Below, one piece after another: positions 20,846 through 33,640 of a stretch of DNA of 64,000 nt. The stretch covers positions 46,750,001 through 46,814,000 of the forward strand of contig CM052818.1 of NCBI GenBank assembly GCA_028534125.1, given 5' to 3'. The notes under the pieces are model-generated. The model was not told the DNA's origin, searched no databases, and saw only the letters and a list, made by a program, of their open reading frames with translations. Both the position numbers and the translations under genes were made by a program. Numbering within the stretch: position 1 is the first letter of the stretch; each line of letters opens with the position of its first letter. The DNA is from Lama glama (Eukaryota).

Positions 20846-23726
20846 AACTAGATCAATCGCCTGCCTTAGGGGGATGGAAACTGCACTTGGAGCATTCTCC
20901 CTGCCCAGCGTCCGGCCTGGCATGGGGCACAGAGCCTCGGGGTGAACACATGCCTGTGCAGAGATGTTACTGAGAGCTCGGTCAAGGGCCGACAAGCCAA
21001 TTCCAAACGGCAGACGGGCGCACCCTTTCCGTTTCCTTCCCCGAGAGACCCGTGGTTTTGCCTTTCCCCTTGTCTCCCAGCAAGTCAGCTGGAGGCAGGA
21101 GCGCTGGAGAAGGGAGCGAGAAGCCCAGAGAATCTGCAGCCTGGAGGCTCAACGCAGCAGCGTTGAGAGCTTTATTCTCAGGTCTACATGGCCCCGCGGG
21201 CAGAAGCTGTCCTCATGGAGTAGAAACGGGGCTGTCACTGGGTGCTCCGTCTAATCTCTGGCAAGATTTTTAAGTGAGGCCTTCTTACTCTTTAAATGAT
21301 GCTCTGTTATCCTTGTAGGGACACCTTGCTTTTTGGAATACGAGTTATTGAAAAGTTGCCTGGTATAGGACGATGAGCACTCACCTCTGAAATATGTATT
21401 GCCCACACGTGGCGTGCATTTTTCTACTAAAGGCAAACCTAGAAAAAAATCTGTTATGAAGAATTTAAGCGTACCATCATTAATTATGTCATCATCTTCC
21501 TCCCTATCTTGGGTTTACTTAAGCTCTGGGCCACACAGCTCTAGAGAAAACACTGGGCGTTCCCGTGGCCTCTTGGAGGTACCATAGAAGTACTGCTGTC
21601 ACTTGACACTTGGTTTACTCGCCAAAGCTCCATGAGAGAGTTGAGGTAACGTAATAAATGGAGAGTTCAAGGGCATTCACAGATAGTGGACAATCTCTGT
21701 TGCACTTAGAATTCCTAACCTGCTGGTGGGTATTACTCACATAAGGAGGTGGTGTCACAGGTGGGCCTGGGGAGGTGTGTCTCCACAGCTGTGTGCAGAC
21801 ATGGGGCTCAGAGACTTGGGGATCCCCAGAATGCAGGAGATCCCGGCTTCACTGGCACGTGGATTTATAAATGACCATTCCGCTGCCTCCTCTGCTGAGG
21901 GAGCTCTGGCATCCTTGACATAAGAGCCTTCAGGGACAGCTAGGGGCTTTGGGGATGTGTGCCGTGGGGAAAGGAAAGATCCCGGAAACCAGGGGCAGCT
22001 GAGGAGTGAGGACTGGGGGCCACTGGCTTCCAGGTGGCTTCTTCAAAACTGTAGGTGTTTGCATCACACCTGTGATGCTGAATCAAAGGCGATCAGGTAG
22101 CTATTCACATGGGTTCACAAAAAACTTGCTATTTAAAAATGCACGTGTCTATGCAGGAGACCTCACGAGACGGTCTAGGGCCCTGAAATCTTCAGCTGAT
22201 AGGGGAGGAACTGCCCATGGAGGCCGAGTGACGTGACTGCTGTCTGTCCCGCAGCCGCTGTGCAGGGCCACCCCCGTGGCTAACTGCCCTTCTCCCCGGT
22301 CTTGACTGCAGGGGTCAAGCCAGACCCTGGGCCTGGGCACTGGGAGCAAGGTTTAGCCTGGAGGGAGAGTGGGGGCCTGGGGATGGGCAGGCTTGTCTGA
22401 CTTCCTCCTCTGAGGATACAGTGCTGTAGCGTGCGCTTTGAGGTCGGAGTTCTGGACTGGCACCCAGGGAGAAAGGGCAGAGAGATGGAGGGGTGAGCGC
22501 TCACTGGGATGAGCACTACCCCTCCGCACCTGGTCCCTCGCACCTTGCCTGGAGGGCAGGGGGGTTCCCCTATTCGGCTCCCCTTCCCCTGGAGCTGCCC
22601 CTCAAACCCATTCCGGGCCTCAGCATGCATGGGTCATCATTGGAGTGAGAGGCCAGCAACCCCAAGGATGGACTCAAATTCTGTGGGCCAGCAGGGGCCT
22701 GCGGGACGGCTAAAACACCGCTTCGGAGGACAAGTAAGCAGTCTGCCTTTGAGCTGTTTCACTTCCCAGAGATTTTTTGGAGCACAGCTGGGGAGGCGGG
22801 TTGGGGCCAGAGGGAGAAACGGGCTCCAGCAAGTTCGCTTTTTCAGCCTTGTTCCCACCGGCCCTTCCGAAGGGCATCGGAATGACCTGCACCCCACTCC
22901 CCACAGGGGCTAAGAACTGGCCCCGCTCCGAAGCAGCTTAGCTTACTCTCAGGCACGAAAAGCTGTCGGTGACTGGAAAGCAGCAGAAGAGCCTCCCAGA
23001 CCGAGGAGATTTCAGCTCCGGGGGTGAGTCTGGAGCAGGAAAAGGGTCCATTATAAACACCTTAAAAACAGACCACAGAGGAAATGCTGAGCGGCGGGCC
23101 CCCAGGGCCGGCTCCAGCTCCAGCGGGCAGTTAGGGGAGGGGAGGGTTTTGTGTGGAGTTCAAAGCCCCAGTGAAAGCTAATGAGGACCATTGTATTTGG
23201 GCAAAAGACAGTCCGAGTGCTTATCAGAAAGGAGTGTTAGGTTACCCGCCTCTGGGCTCTGGAGAGTTTAACAGGCAGCCTTTGGAGCCCTAGAGGGTGC
23301 AGAGATGTCCATTTCCAGGGACGTATTGTAGGGGACCCCCTTCCCTTCCGGGAACAGCTCCCAGCGCACAGGCTGCGTGGGCTGAACGCGCTGCAAAGGG
23401 GGCCGATGGATGGGCGGGGCTTGGGGGCTGGGTGGGGGGAGGGGGAGGGAGGCGGTTTGGGCAGTTACCCCGCGGTCTCTCGAGTCCTGGGGAGTCAGTA
23501 TTGCCGGGGAGCCTTCCTGGTCTGGGGGACCAGAGAGGTTGCCGCTTTGGAAAAGAGAAATCAGTAGAGAAACCAAGAGCTGGGATGACTTTTCCGATGG
23601 AGCTTGAAACAGTATCTTGTCAGGTCTTTGATCCTTGAAACAGGAATTCCGGGCAAAAAATCAGCTAAGCAGGTGGTCCCTTCCCAGAAAATGCCCTGGC
23701 CTCTAGAAAATGTGCCATTACTGGCA

Positions 23727-23766
23727 GGCAGGGATCCGGGCCGGCAGGGATCCGGGCCGACAGGGA
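23727..23766. repeat. 16-bp tandem duplication (2.5 copies)
   Basis: ggcagggatccgggcc at 23727-23742 and 23743-23758, then partial gacaggga. Confidence 0.9.
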
Positions 23767-25084
23767 CCCACACCCCGCTTAGGGAGCCCTGAGACATTCC
23801 AAACATTCTCCTTCTGGGGCAACTCACTTCATTTTTGCCTCTCCTGGTCAGGTGCCACCCCCGGGAAACTCTTCCTCTAAATCTGCTCCAGACTCACGCA
23901 TGGTAAGAAACCTCTTTTAATTTTGTCCTTTCATTCCCCATCTACAGAAGGAGATAAACAACAGTTTTTTCCTTAAAAAAAGGAACCGACTCCCTCATCA
24001 ACAAAACAAAACAAACCCAGCCATGCCCACTTGGGGAAAATGACGCATTACTATTAACGTGGACTAGAAACTGGCAGGAGGAATTATCATGTGGACGACG
24101 TGAATGAATGATAATGAAAGAAAAATGGTAAATAATTATGCAGCAGCAATTCTGGGAAAGTACGTCTAGCACGTCAGGACGATTTCCCATTGGCCAAACC
24201 TTAACATCTAATTAAGATGTTAGCTCCTCTTTCCTCCCGGTGTTTCATTCTTATCAATCCTTCTAAAAGTCTCCAATTGCCTGCACCTTGAACAGAAAAG
24301 GGTTTGGCCGCAGAGATGGAGGAGAAAGGTTTAGGAAAGCGAGGGAGGGAAATGCAGGGAGGAAAGAAGAGATTTGAACAGCCTTGTCTCTTTCTTGCTT
24401 TAGAAACAGAGATTCTGGCCAGAGGAACCCTGGGGCGCAGGGAGACAGAGTGAGGCTAACTTCCGGGCCCAGAGGGACCCTGGAGGGTGAGACAGGAAGT
24501 CTGTGAGGCACAGGGAATGCGGAAGGCAGCCTGCAGCCTGAGCGCAGGATCTCAGCCACCCAGAAGTCTGCACATTCTCGAAGCCTCCAGGGATGTTTTC
24601 AGAACAGAATTAGTTTTAATTCACTAGAGTTAGAGATATGTTTGCTGTCAGTGGCCTGACTAGAAATCCTTGGCTGGGGTCACTGCTGCGATAGTTCTCA
24701 ACACCCCACCCCCCCAGATGGAGAGAGGTCCAGGAGAGGTGGGGGCTGGTGGGGAACCAGTCCCTCCGTAACGAGGAGTCAGCTCTGCACACCCCTCAGG
24801 GCCTTCGTCCTCCCTGGGCCCCGATCTCCAGCTCGGAGTGTGGAGAGTTGAACTGAAGTGGCTGACGGGGCCTGGGAGGCCTCTGACATCACTTAGCAAA
24901 CAGCTTTGTGCTGAACAGAGCAAGGCCTTCAGGCAGGAAGGGAATCCCTCCCGCCTTGGTCTCTGGATTCAGGATGGAGTCTCTCCTGCCCCAGGGGCAG
25001 CGTTTGCACGGCAAGTCTAGCAGCTCACAGATACGGGGCTCTCAGGGTCCGCCAGGTGCGTGTGTGTCACCAGGATATGCCATC

Positions 25085-25220
25085 CCATCTTCACAATAGC
25101 CCAGTGAGCTGGGGGCCAGTATTTCATGGATGAGAAACAGAGCCCCGGATCACTGAGAGGACTTGCCCAGGTTTGTTTGGCTAGTTAACAGTCAATTGGG
25201 GTTCAGCTGGACATCCGGGC
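25085..25220 (-). mobile_element. MIR SINE fragment
   Basis: tcacaatagcccagtgag...atggatgagaaacagag...gacttgcccagg. Confidence 0.6.
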
Positions 25221-25609
25221 CCCAGGCCTCAGCTGCCAGGGGAGCCGCGGCTGCCCTGGGCTGTAGGGAAGGGGTGAGGGGCAGGTGCTTGCTAAGGAAC
25301 TCGTGCTGTGTCTAAACTGAGGGTTCTTAATTGTTTAAGAAACAAAATGATGTTTCCAAACTTGTCTTCGTGATAAAGTGGCAAGGTTTGCCAGTGATTC
25401 CGTAATTAAAAAGAATAAAATATTTGCAGAGTTTCCAGGCCTGGCCTTTACGATTGTCACTCTCATTCTGTATTTTTTCAGGACAGAAAGAGACGGAAGG
25501 AGAGGCAGCAGCCGAGGGGGCCTGAAGTTACACCTGCAAGAGTGTCTTGTGGGTCCTGACAGAAGAGGGTTAAGAAATCTGTGCCAGGAAGTAGCCAGTT
25601 TCCACCACT

Positions 25610-25698
25610 CCATCTCATCATGTCTTCACAACCACCCCGAGGAAGTGGGTGTTATCCTAAAGATAAGAAAACCTAGGCTCAGGCAGATGCACAACGAG
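25610..25698 (-). mobile_element. MIR SINE fragment
   Basis: tcttcacaaccaccccgagg...agataagaaaacctaggctcag, ending where the MLT1 begins. Confidence 0.65.
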
Positions 25699-26150
25699 TG
25701 TGGGGGCAGAGCTGTGACCTCCAAAAAGGTGTGTTCAAACCCTGACCCCCGGTACTTGTGAGTGGGGCTTTATTTAGACATAGGGGCTTTGCAGATGTAA
25801 TCAAATTCAGAGGTCATATGGGTGGGCTTCATCCAATGACTGAGGTCCTTATAAGAAGAGGGACATTTGGACCCCTTTAGGGAGAGGACACACGGAGAAC
25901 CCCATGTGATGATGGAGGCAGAATTGGAGGGAGGCCCCTGCAAGCCAAGGACCATCAAGGATTGCTGGCAATACCAGAAGCTAAGGTGAGGCGAGGAAGC
26001 GTCCTGCCCTGGAGACTTCAGAGGGAGCGTGGCCCGGCCGACACCTTAGTTTTGGACTTCCAGCTTCTGGAGCTGAGAGAGAATAACTCTGTGTTGTTTA
26101 AAGCTACCTGATTTGTAGTCATTGTCCTGGCAGCCACAGGAAGGAACACA
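25699..26150 (+). mobile_element. MLT1C-type MaLR solo LTR
   Basis: ctttgcagatgtaatcaa; tccaatgactgaggtccttataagaagagg; gtgatgatggaggcagaattggag; caagccaagga; ttttggacttccagcttctggagctgagagagaataa; gcagccacaggaa end. Confidence 0.9.
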
Positions 26151-26229
26151 CCGAGCCCTCGCCTGCTTCCCTTGTGCACTTGAAGGATTCTGGGTTAGGG
26201 GCATGCTTCCTGCGGCCAGCTTGTGAAGG

Positions 26230-26620
26230 AGACCCAGGATGGAACTAAGACGGCTTGAAGGAAAGAGGAGTGGGACCTCCCCGAGGGAAGACGGGAGGAG
26301 GGGGCTTCGCAGACTGACAGCAGAAATGGGGAATTTCCTTAAGACATAAGAGTGCTTGAGAGTGGAGGAGAGATGGGGAAGGAAGGAAATGTGAAGATGG
26401 CCTGGGGGTGTGACAGGAGGCTGCCGTCTGGAGAAGGGTGAGGGCACCTGTGATGAACAGACTGACTCTGGGTGAGGGAGGTCAGAGCTGGAAGAGAAGG
26501 AATAGAGAGGTGGCTGAGCAGTCCCAGGAGGCCGAGGGATGTGAGGCTGACACGGGAGATGCTGGCAGGTAAAGCCGAAGTGATCTTCGATGACAAATCA
26601 CCCTGGAAAGGCATTAAATA
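26230..26620 (-). mobile_element. Probable LINE-2 internal fragment
   Basis: Purine-rich stretch with gagggaggtcagagctggaagagaagg-type L2 motifs. Heavily decayed. Confidence 0.35.
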
Positions 26621-27044
26621 TGGTGTTGGCCAGTGACTCAGAGCCCAAGCACGCTGGTCCTCTTGTCATGTGGGCGGCCAGGCTGTGTTGCACGAGATGA
26701 GGTTAGTATCTTGTGAATGCGCGTGGGAGGCGGGCCGCATGGGGGAAAGAGTTAATCAGTAAACCGTTGGCTCCGAGACAATAAGCCGGGCTGGCCCGGG
26801 GTCCTCGGGGCTGACCCCGGTCCTCACCCGCCCCACTGGTATGTGGCCCCCACGGGAAGACCAGAGGAAGCTCAGACCGCGGGCCCCGAACAACAAGGCG
26901 TTTGAGTTTCGGGAACTGCCAGGACAGGAAATTAGTGAGGCTGATTAGAAAAATCAATTTGGCTTGACTTGAATTTGGTGGGAGGAGGAGGAAGGGAAGG
27001 GGAGCTCACCTCTGGTGAGGGCTGAGGGCCATCCTGGACGCCCC

Positions 27045-27140
27045 TCTTTTCCACTGGGGAAACCGAGGCTCAGGGGAGTTAAATAGTTAGCAGAAGGCTC
27101 TGCAGCTGGAAAGAGCGGTCGAGCCAGGAATGAGCGTACA
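27045..27140 (-). mobile_element. MIR SINE fragment
   Basis: ggggaaaccgaggctcaggggagttaaatagtt...cagctggaaag...gagccagga. Confidence 0.7.
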
Positions 27141-28599
27141 GGCCTGTGGGCTCCCAGGCCCCCAGCCCGAGCCCCCTTGGCCTCGCTGGCTCCCCAGGCC
27201 CCTGAAGCTGCACAACGGGGGCTGTCCGGCTGCAACGGGAAGTAGGGGCCCAGGTCCTGCCTCTGACTCTGCCCCCATCTTAGGTGGTTATGGGAGAAGG
27301 AGCAGGAGCTGGGCCACCGCCCCACACCCCATTCCTGCCCAGTGACCCTGCACGACCCTGTGGCTTCTGTAAAGGCTTGACGGCACCTTCCTCTGGCAGG
27401 TGGGGTGGACCAGATGACATTTTAGGATGCTGTCCAGTCCTGGGATTGCAAGGTTCGTGATTTCTGGAGATTTGAAGTGATAAAGAATGTCTTTGTGTTC
27501 AGAGGAGCTGGGCTCTGGGGCAGAAAGTCATTCTCTAGGGGAACAGGACCCCTGTGCCTGCAACTTTCTTTGCTCTCGGCTGCCAGGCGCTGCCCTCCAG
27601 CCCCACTCCTTCCCCACGATTCCTGCCCAGGACCCCACCACGGTCCAGGCCTCTGGCTTCCCTGACTGGACAGTCCTGCCTCTTGCCCCACGACGCCTGG
27701 CTGCCCAGTCTCCTGGTTCTGCGAAGAGAGTCTGCGCCACGATCACTAAGACAAAGGAGGGGGCAGGGGGTTGGAGCTGGATCTGCAGAGGGTGCGATGG
27801 TGGTGGCCGGAGGGCAGGGCCAGGGACTTGGGCAGATGGTGGGAGCTCAGAAGCCGTGGATCCAGAGGCATGACTCGAGAGGTGACCCAGATGCCTCTCC
27901 TTCCCGGGCCCTCAAGTCTTCCCGGCCCCCAGGGATCCAGGCCACGTCTGCCTGGGGCTGTGAGCAGCTCTGATGTGCGCTCTCCACACCTTTCTCATTG
28001 ACTCAGCAGACTTGGAAGCCACATGTTCACGAGGCTGGGTCCCAAGATGTGGAGTCCATGGGCCCCGTGTACCTGGGGGGTGAGCGAGGCGTGACCTTGG
28101 TTCCCGAAGCCTCGGAGATTCCTGGGTTAACTTCTTACCCCGGCATAGCCTGCCTATCTCGGAGGATTAGCTGGGTTTAGAAAGAGCCCTGCGGTCTTGT
28201 GAAGGGCGTGTTGTGTGCGGTGGGAAAACATGAGTACAATGAGCTGATAGGATGGAGGCGGGGAGACCCGGGAAACAATCGCAGGGAGTGAGGGGGCTCG
28301 GGTGGGGGAGACGGTCACGGCAGAGCCGTGGCCACAGGGGGACAAAGGGCACCTTGGAAGAAAGCTTTGACTCTCCCTTCCAAGCTCACGGATCTAATTG
28401 TGAAAACCACCGTCAAGTCCTCTCCGTTCCCACTGTGTGAGTGTTTTTGACTGTTTCCTTAGAGACCTAATCCCGTTCCCTGGACAGCGGGCTCCGGGCA
28501 CCTGCAGGGGCTTGAACAATGAGGGGGTCGTTTTGGAGGAAGGTGGTCATACTTAAGAAGTGCCAGAATAGGAACTTTTAAAGTTAAATGTTTTTGGAA

Positions 28600-29010
28600 A
28601 AATAAACTTTTGAGACTTTTTAGTTGCGAAATCAATAAAACCCATTGCAGTAGCCTGTTCATTGGCACATGTTCTATGATTTTATGAGTAAAAATCTCAT
28701 TCCCTGAATCCTTAAAAATGAGTACATCCTGCCCGTAAGACTATTAATACATGATAAGGGTAGTTCAGTGCCCTTTAAAATAAATTTTGAATCAAAGTAT
28801 AATGTGCAGAGACGCTTACTGTAATGTTTTGCTCAGCGAATGATCTTATCCACGGCTTTTATATTTCCATAAAAGGATCATTAAGGTAATACATTAAACC
28901 AGAATGTTATGAAAGGCAGTGTTATTCTTTCCCATTAAATTTTCTATTAATTAATGTGACGCCTCCACAGTAACTGACTGAGCATCGTGCCTTTTTGTTG
29001 TAATCATAGC
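28600..29010. promoter_or_regulatory. Candidate developmental enhancer (AT-rich, non-repetitive, motif-dense)
   Basis: atcaataaaa 28631-28640, tttatga 28681-28687, tgataa 28752-28757, atcaaag 28791-28797, cttatc 28845-28850, ccataaaa 28867-28874, attaattaat 28946-28955. Conservation not tested. Confidence 0.4.
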
Positions 29011-30744
29011 TCAGGTGTGTGGGCTGCTGACTGTGCTCGGCCGGGAACACTGTTATTTCACTTAATTCTCACAAGGACTTGACTTGAAAGCTTCTAGAAT
29101 GATCCCCCGAGATCTGAGGCACAGAAGGACCGGGCGTTCGGCAGAGTCACGTGGCAAGTGGGGCTGGGGGCGCGGCATCCAGGCCCAGGGTGTGGGGCCA
29201 GGCTCTCCCCTCTCCTCAGGGCGCCTCCGGAGTGGCTCACCCCGGGCCAGAGCGGAGTTTTCTCTAGAAACATTTACTGACGCTCCTGCTCGACACCAGC
29301 TTCGAGGCTGGCCGGAAGGGGCGCACGTCTGATGGACGTGCTGTCCTGCCATCTCCCAGTTTTCGCCAGAGACAGAACCGGACGCAGGCGGCACGGAGGC
29401 CACTGGCAGTCCCGGTAGAGGTGGAGGGAGGGACGGGAAGTCTGAAGTTGACACATCTCTCATTTTAAATATTGCTACACTGACTTGTCAGGTCGAAATT
29501 AGAACCGTGCTGACTGCTGGATGTTCACACACCTAAAAAAATCTGGAGGTGACAGGCAGCACTTCTTAACCTCTTAAGGTGCGTTTTCATTAATTCGACA
29601 TGTCTTAAAGGCGTGGAGCGCGTCACTGAGGCAGTGGGGTGTTCATCTGGCCTATATTTAAAATTCTTTTTCAAAATTGAATTGAGAAAATTTCTTTCCT
29701 TCAAATCAAATGAAAAGACATCAGCCTTAAGGCTTTTAGAAAGAAGGGCATGACTTTATACCCCAAATGTCACCTCTGGGAAAGTAACAGTTCTGTGGAA
29801 GGTTAATCCATCTCGCCAACTCACTGTCCCCAGGACCAGAACCAGCCACCTGTCTCTGGTCTCTCCGAGAAGAGTGTGTGCCTGAGTCACCTTGGCCTCA
29901 CTCTGCTTCTTGAAACACACACTCTTGTCAGTACCAAGTGCCTGAGTTAGTCTGGTCCCCGACTTCCCATCAGGTAGGTGACCGTAGCCATCCACGGCTG
30001 GGGACACGATCGGAGGCGTGTGCAGCACAGGTCAGTCCTGCAGGGCTGCTCCTAGGGAAGGACACCCCCAGTCACCCCAGGCTGCTGTTCCCAGAGAAAC
30101 GAGGACCCAGATTTAAAGTCCTCTGACCACCCCCCACCTCCACAAGAGTCCCCACTCCGAGAACCAGGGTGAGAGGGTCTGGGGGCGATTCTGAGTCGAT
30201 GGTCCTGATTGTAGACTTGGGTGGGCTATTGGCGACCCCTGTTCCTGATGGCCGAGTAGCAGCTGGGGCGGCCAGACCCTGTGCCCCCAGGGTCCTGCCC
30301 GGGCCCACCGGCTCTCCTGCCCCTCACCCCGCTGCTGACGGGGCCCGGGGTCCCCCCACCCTGTGCACGTGGGTGAGTAGTGGGGCTGTGAGAAGTTCAG
30401 CTCTGCCAGCATGGCTGAGTGAGGTGCTCAGTGAGTTCCTTGTCACAGAGGGAAAACAGGAAAACTGTGGGCCGCTTCAGTACTTGGCTGGATACGCTGT
30501 GTCACCCAAGTGGAGAGCCAGTGTGCCGCGGCTGAGCCACAGCCCCATGCCTCTTGGATGGGGGGGCCTGGCCTGCTGTGTGCCCTCGGGGGCCCTTGGA
30601 GGGGCGTCTGGGCTTCTCCGTCCTGCTCTGCTGAGTGAAGCAGCCCCAAGGGGACACGGTCCCCACATACTCAGCAGGACACCAGGGCCACAAAGTGCAG
30701 GCCCCTCTGGCCCCCTGCTGCTGGCCCTCTGCTTCTCTCTCATG

Positions 30745-30930
30745 GATGGTTTCATTCCCAGCCTTGACACGTGTTAGCTGGGTGACTGTGGGCAAGGGTC
30801 TTAACCTCTCTGAGTCTCAGTTCCTTCCCCCATCAACTGGACAAGATGATTCCGGCTTCAGAAGACTGTGGAGAAGGTGTCGTCAGACACAGGACCTGGC
30901 ATTGTCAGTGCTTAGACGAGTGTTGCTTCC
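30745..30930 (+). mobile_element. MIR SINE
   Basis: ttcattcccagcc...tagctgggtgactgtgggcaagggtcttaacctctctgagtctcagtt. Confidence 0.8.
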
Positions 30931-31839
30931 CACCATGCCCCTGCTGACTTTAAAACTGTCACTTTCCTGTCTCCTGCTTCTATCTCTGTCCTGCCTCAGG
31001 CAGCCCTCTGCTCTCTGTGAGCCGTCCTTCTGCGATGCCTTCCTGGGCTCCCCCACTGCCTGACAGCCCTGGCTGGTCCTGGCTGCTTGGGCAGCCCCGA
31101 GGCCAGGAGGAAGGAGCAGCAGTGATTTTGCTAATGTGACCCTCCTCCAGACTGACGGCGGGAGAAGCCCCCGGGGCCGGATCTGCTGGCGGCACACTCT
31201 GCCAGCCCCAGGCTCCCAAGTCTACAGCCTTTCTTTAATGGATTAAAAAAAAAAAAGGTTTTACGTGGCTGTTCCGTTGTAGACACCAGTTCCTCCGGGG
31301 AGGTGGGGAGGGAAGGCCCGGAGTCGGGGGCTGGGGGGGGTGGGAAGATGGAGGGACTTGGTCAGTCTGTCCCGGGGGTAAGAAGTCCCTGAGCAGTTCA
31401 CTTAGAAGGCAGGCATCAAAAGTGCAGGTGTGCGAGTAACCCTGTGTGTGTGTTTGTGTGCGCGCGCGCTGGGTGTGCCCCTTGGCTGCTCTCCGTGAGG
31501 CCCGGTTCCCAGGAAGCTCCGAGTTCTTCAGTCCTGGGGACCTGTCCTCGACCTGGGGCTCGGAGCCCAGCTCTCAGCCTTGGAGAAGGTTTTATGGGGC
31601 CGCTGACGGGGAGAAACAGGTCCTCCTCTGTTTGTCTGCTCCACCCGGGTCACTGCCAGCTTGACCTGGTTCAGATAGCACTTTATCGCACCGCTCCCTA
31701 CTCACAACAACCCCTGTCATCCAGGGATGTCCCGTTTATCTTATAGTTTTATGGTCATTTGGTGAAATGGCCATAACTACGGCCTATGTGTTTAGCTGTA
31801 GAGTTAAATTATACATGACTCGAGATCTCTCTCCGCGTT

Positions 31840-31840
<1 letters not shown>

Positions 31841-31888
<48 letters not shown>
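31841..31888. repeat. Compound microsatellite (CT)8(CA)16
   Basis: Read directly from the sequence. Confidence 0.95.
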
Positions 31889-31891
<3 letters not shown>

Positions 31892-32939
31892 CTCACCGAC
31901 TCAGCTGGGCCTGTATCTCTGCTCCGACCACAGGCCGAGGAGAACCGGGGCTCTCCTTCCTCCTCGAGAGGCCCTGGGGCTGCCGGGTGGTTTGTGGAGC
32001 TCAGGGATGCCCAGCGGAGGAAAAGGGGTGTCTGCGGGGGGTGAGTGTGAGCGCTCCAGCCACGTTCCCTTTTTTCACCTCAATCAGACCAGCTTCCCTT
32101 TTCTGTTTGGTCTCCCAGAGTTCTTCATGAGTTCTCATTTGAAGGAATCATTCTGCTGCTGAGTAGTGTTTGGGAATGACTGGTGCCCCGAGCGCAGCAC
32201 TGATGCTTGGATGGTATACACGACGCCGCTTCGTGTCCACGACCACTGACGCAGGGCGGTGGGTGAAGTCACTTTGGGTGTGAGTCTGGGACTGAAGGCT
32301 GGGAACTGAGGGGGCTGCGTTGGTGGGGATGGGGGTGCTGGAAACAGTGTTTTCAGGGTGAGAGGACGTTGCTCTTCAGAATCCTTTTTGGGAAAGCATA
32401 GGACTGTTTCCTGTCCTCGAGCCTGCTCGCCTGTGACCCACCTGTCTCTCCTTCATCCATCTTCCCACACTTACCCACTCATCATCCAGCCATTGTTCCA
32501 ACTCATCATCCAGGCAGCCACCCCTTCCTAGGGCCACCTCCAGTCCCACCACCGTTCCTGGTGGCCGTGAGTGGTGACTGGGTCGGCAGTGTGTGGTTAG
32601 CTGCATGACTTGGCGCATCCGAGGTGATGGGGCTGGGGACCTGGACCCATGCCTTAAGACCCACTGCTGGATCCACAGAGGTGAGTAGGGTGAGACACTG
32701 TAGCAGGCTGGTCGAGAAAACCCAGTCTGGCAGGCTGATCGGGGTGTAAGGGAAATAGCAAAGATGGGTGTCCTGAGTGTGTTTGCTCTGAGGGGCAACA
32801 GAGAGCTCCAGCAGGAGCAGGGAAGCCTGGGTAGGCCAGGAGATAGGGTCTCAGCTTGGACCACAGGGGCAAGGCCGGGCCCCTATCCTGGTGGCCCACA
32901 GAGGCCCAGGATCCCAACCAGGGGGCAAGGTGTAGACAG

Positions 32940-33275
32940 ATGGCTGGGTTCAGGGGCAGCTGTGAACATGCTGGGCACGCTCTCAACTCAGAGTCCCTCG
33001 GTCTGGAAGGGTCCTCCCCCAGATTTCCCCGTGATTGACTCCCTTTGCTAATCTCATCTCTCAGTGAGGTCCACGTAGACCCATCTAATTCAGGTACCGC
33101 CTGCCCCGTTTCCCCGGCCTCCCAGGGGCCCCTTCCCGACTCCTTCCCCCGCCATCAATACATGTAATCTTTAACCTACTGTGTAACTTATTTGTGTATT
33201 AAGCTTATCATTTACTATCTCCCTCCCCCTTGCAGAATGAAGAGCCTTCATTAGTATCTGCCCAGTAAATAAGGA
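32940..33275 (+). mobile_element. LINE-2 3' fragment
   Basis: ccctcggtctggaagggtcctcccccagattt...tctcagtgagg...tatctccctcccccttgcagaatg. Confidence 0.65.
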
Positions 33276-33489
33276 GGGAATTTGGGGCCATAGGGTGCCT
33301 GTGGGGGTTGGGGCACTTTCTCTCCAACATCTCCCATAAGTAAGGAAATAAAGTGTGACTGTTGGAAATAAAATAGAGCTGTCAAGAGGGCATGAAATCA
33401 GTCTACTCTGTTTGTCTGGAATAATTAAAAACTGGCCGACTTGCCAAGAGAAGAGGAAAAAGCATAACTGCCTGGCCAAGTGATGTTCA

Positions 33490-33640
33490 CCTTTCAATGC
33501 ACCCGTGAGGCATAGACAATGTACGCTCTTGCCCCCATTTTAGAGATGAGGACATGGGAGACCTGGTGCTTACATGACTCACCCGAGGACTGTGGCTTCT
33601 CAGCTAACACTGCTGCTCCGGCTCCCGGGACTCTGGAAGG
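33490..33640 (-). mobile_element. MIR SINE fragment
   Basis: cacccgtgagg...ccccattttagagatgaggacatgggag...tgactcacccgagg. Confidence 0.65.

Noticed and set aside
30169..30777. 202-aa ORF
   Set aside because: Non-ATG start, Pro/Gly/Ala-rich, runs into a MIR, and no family resemblance.
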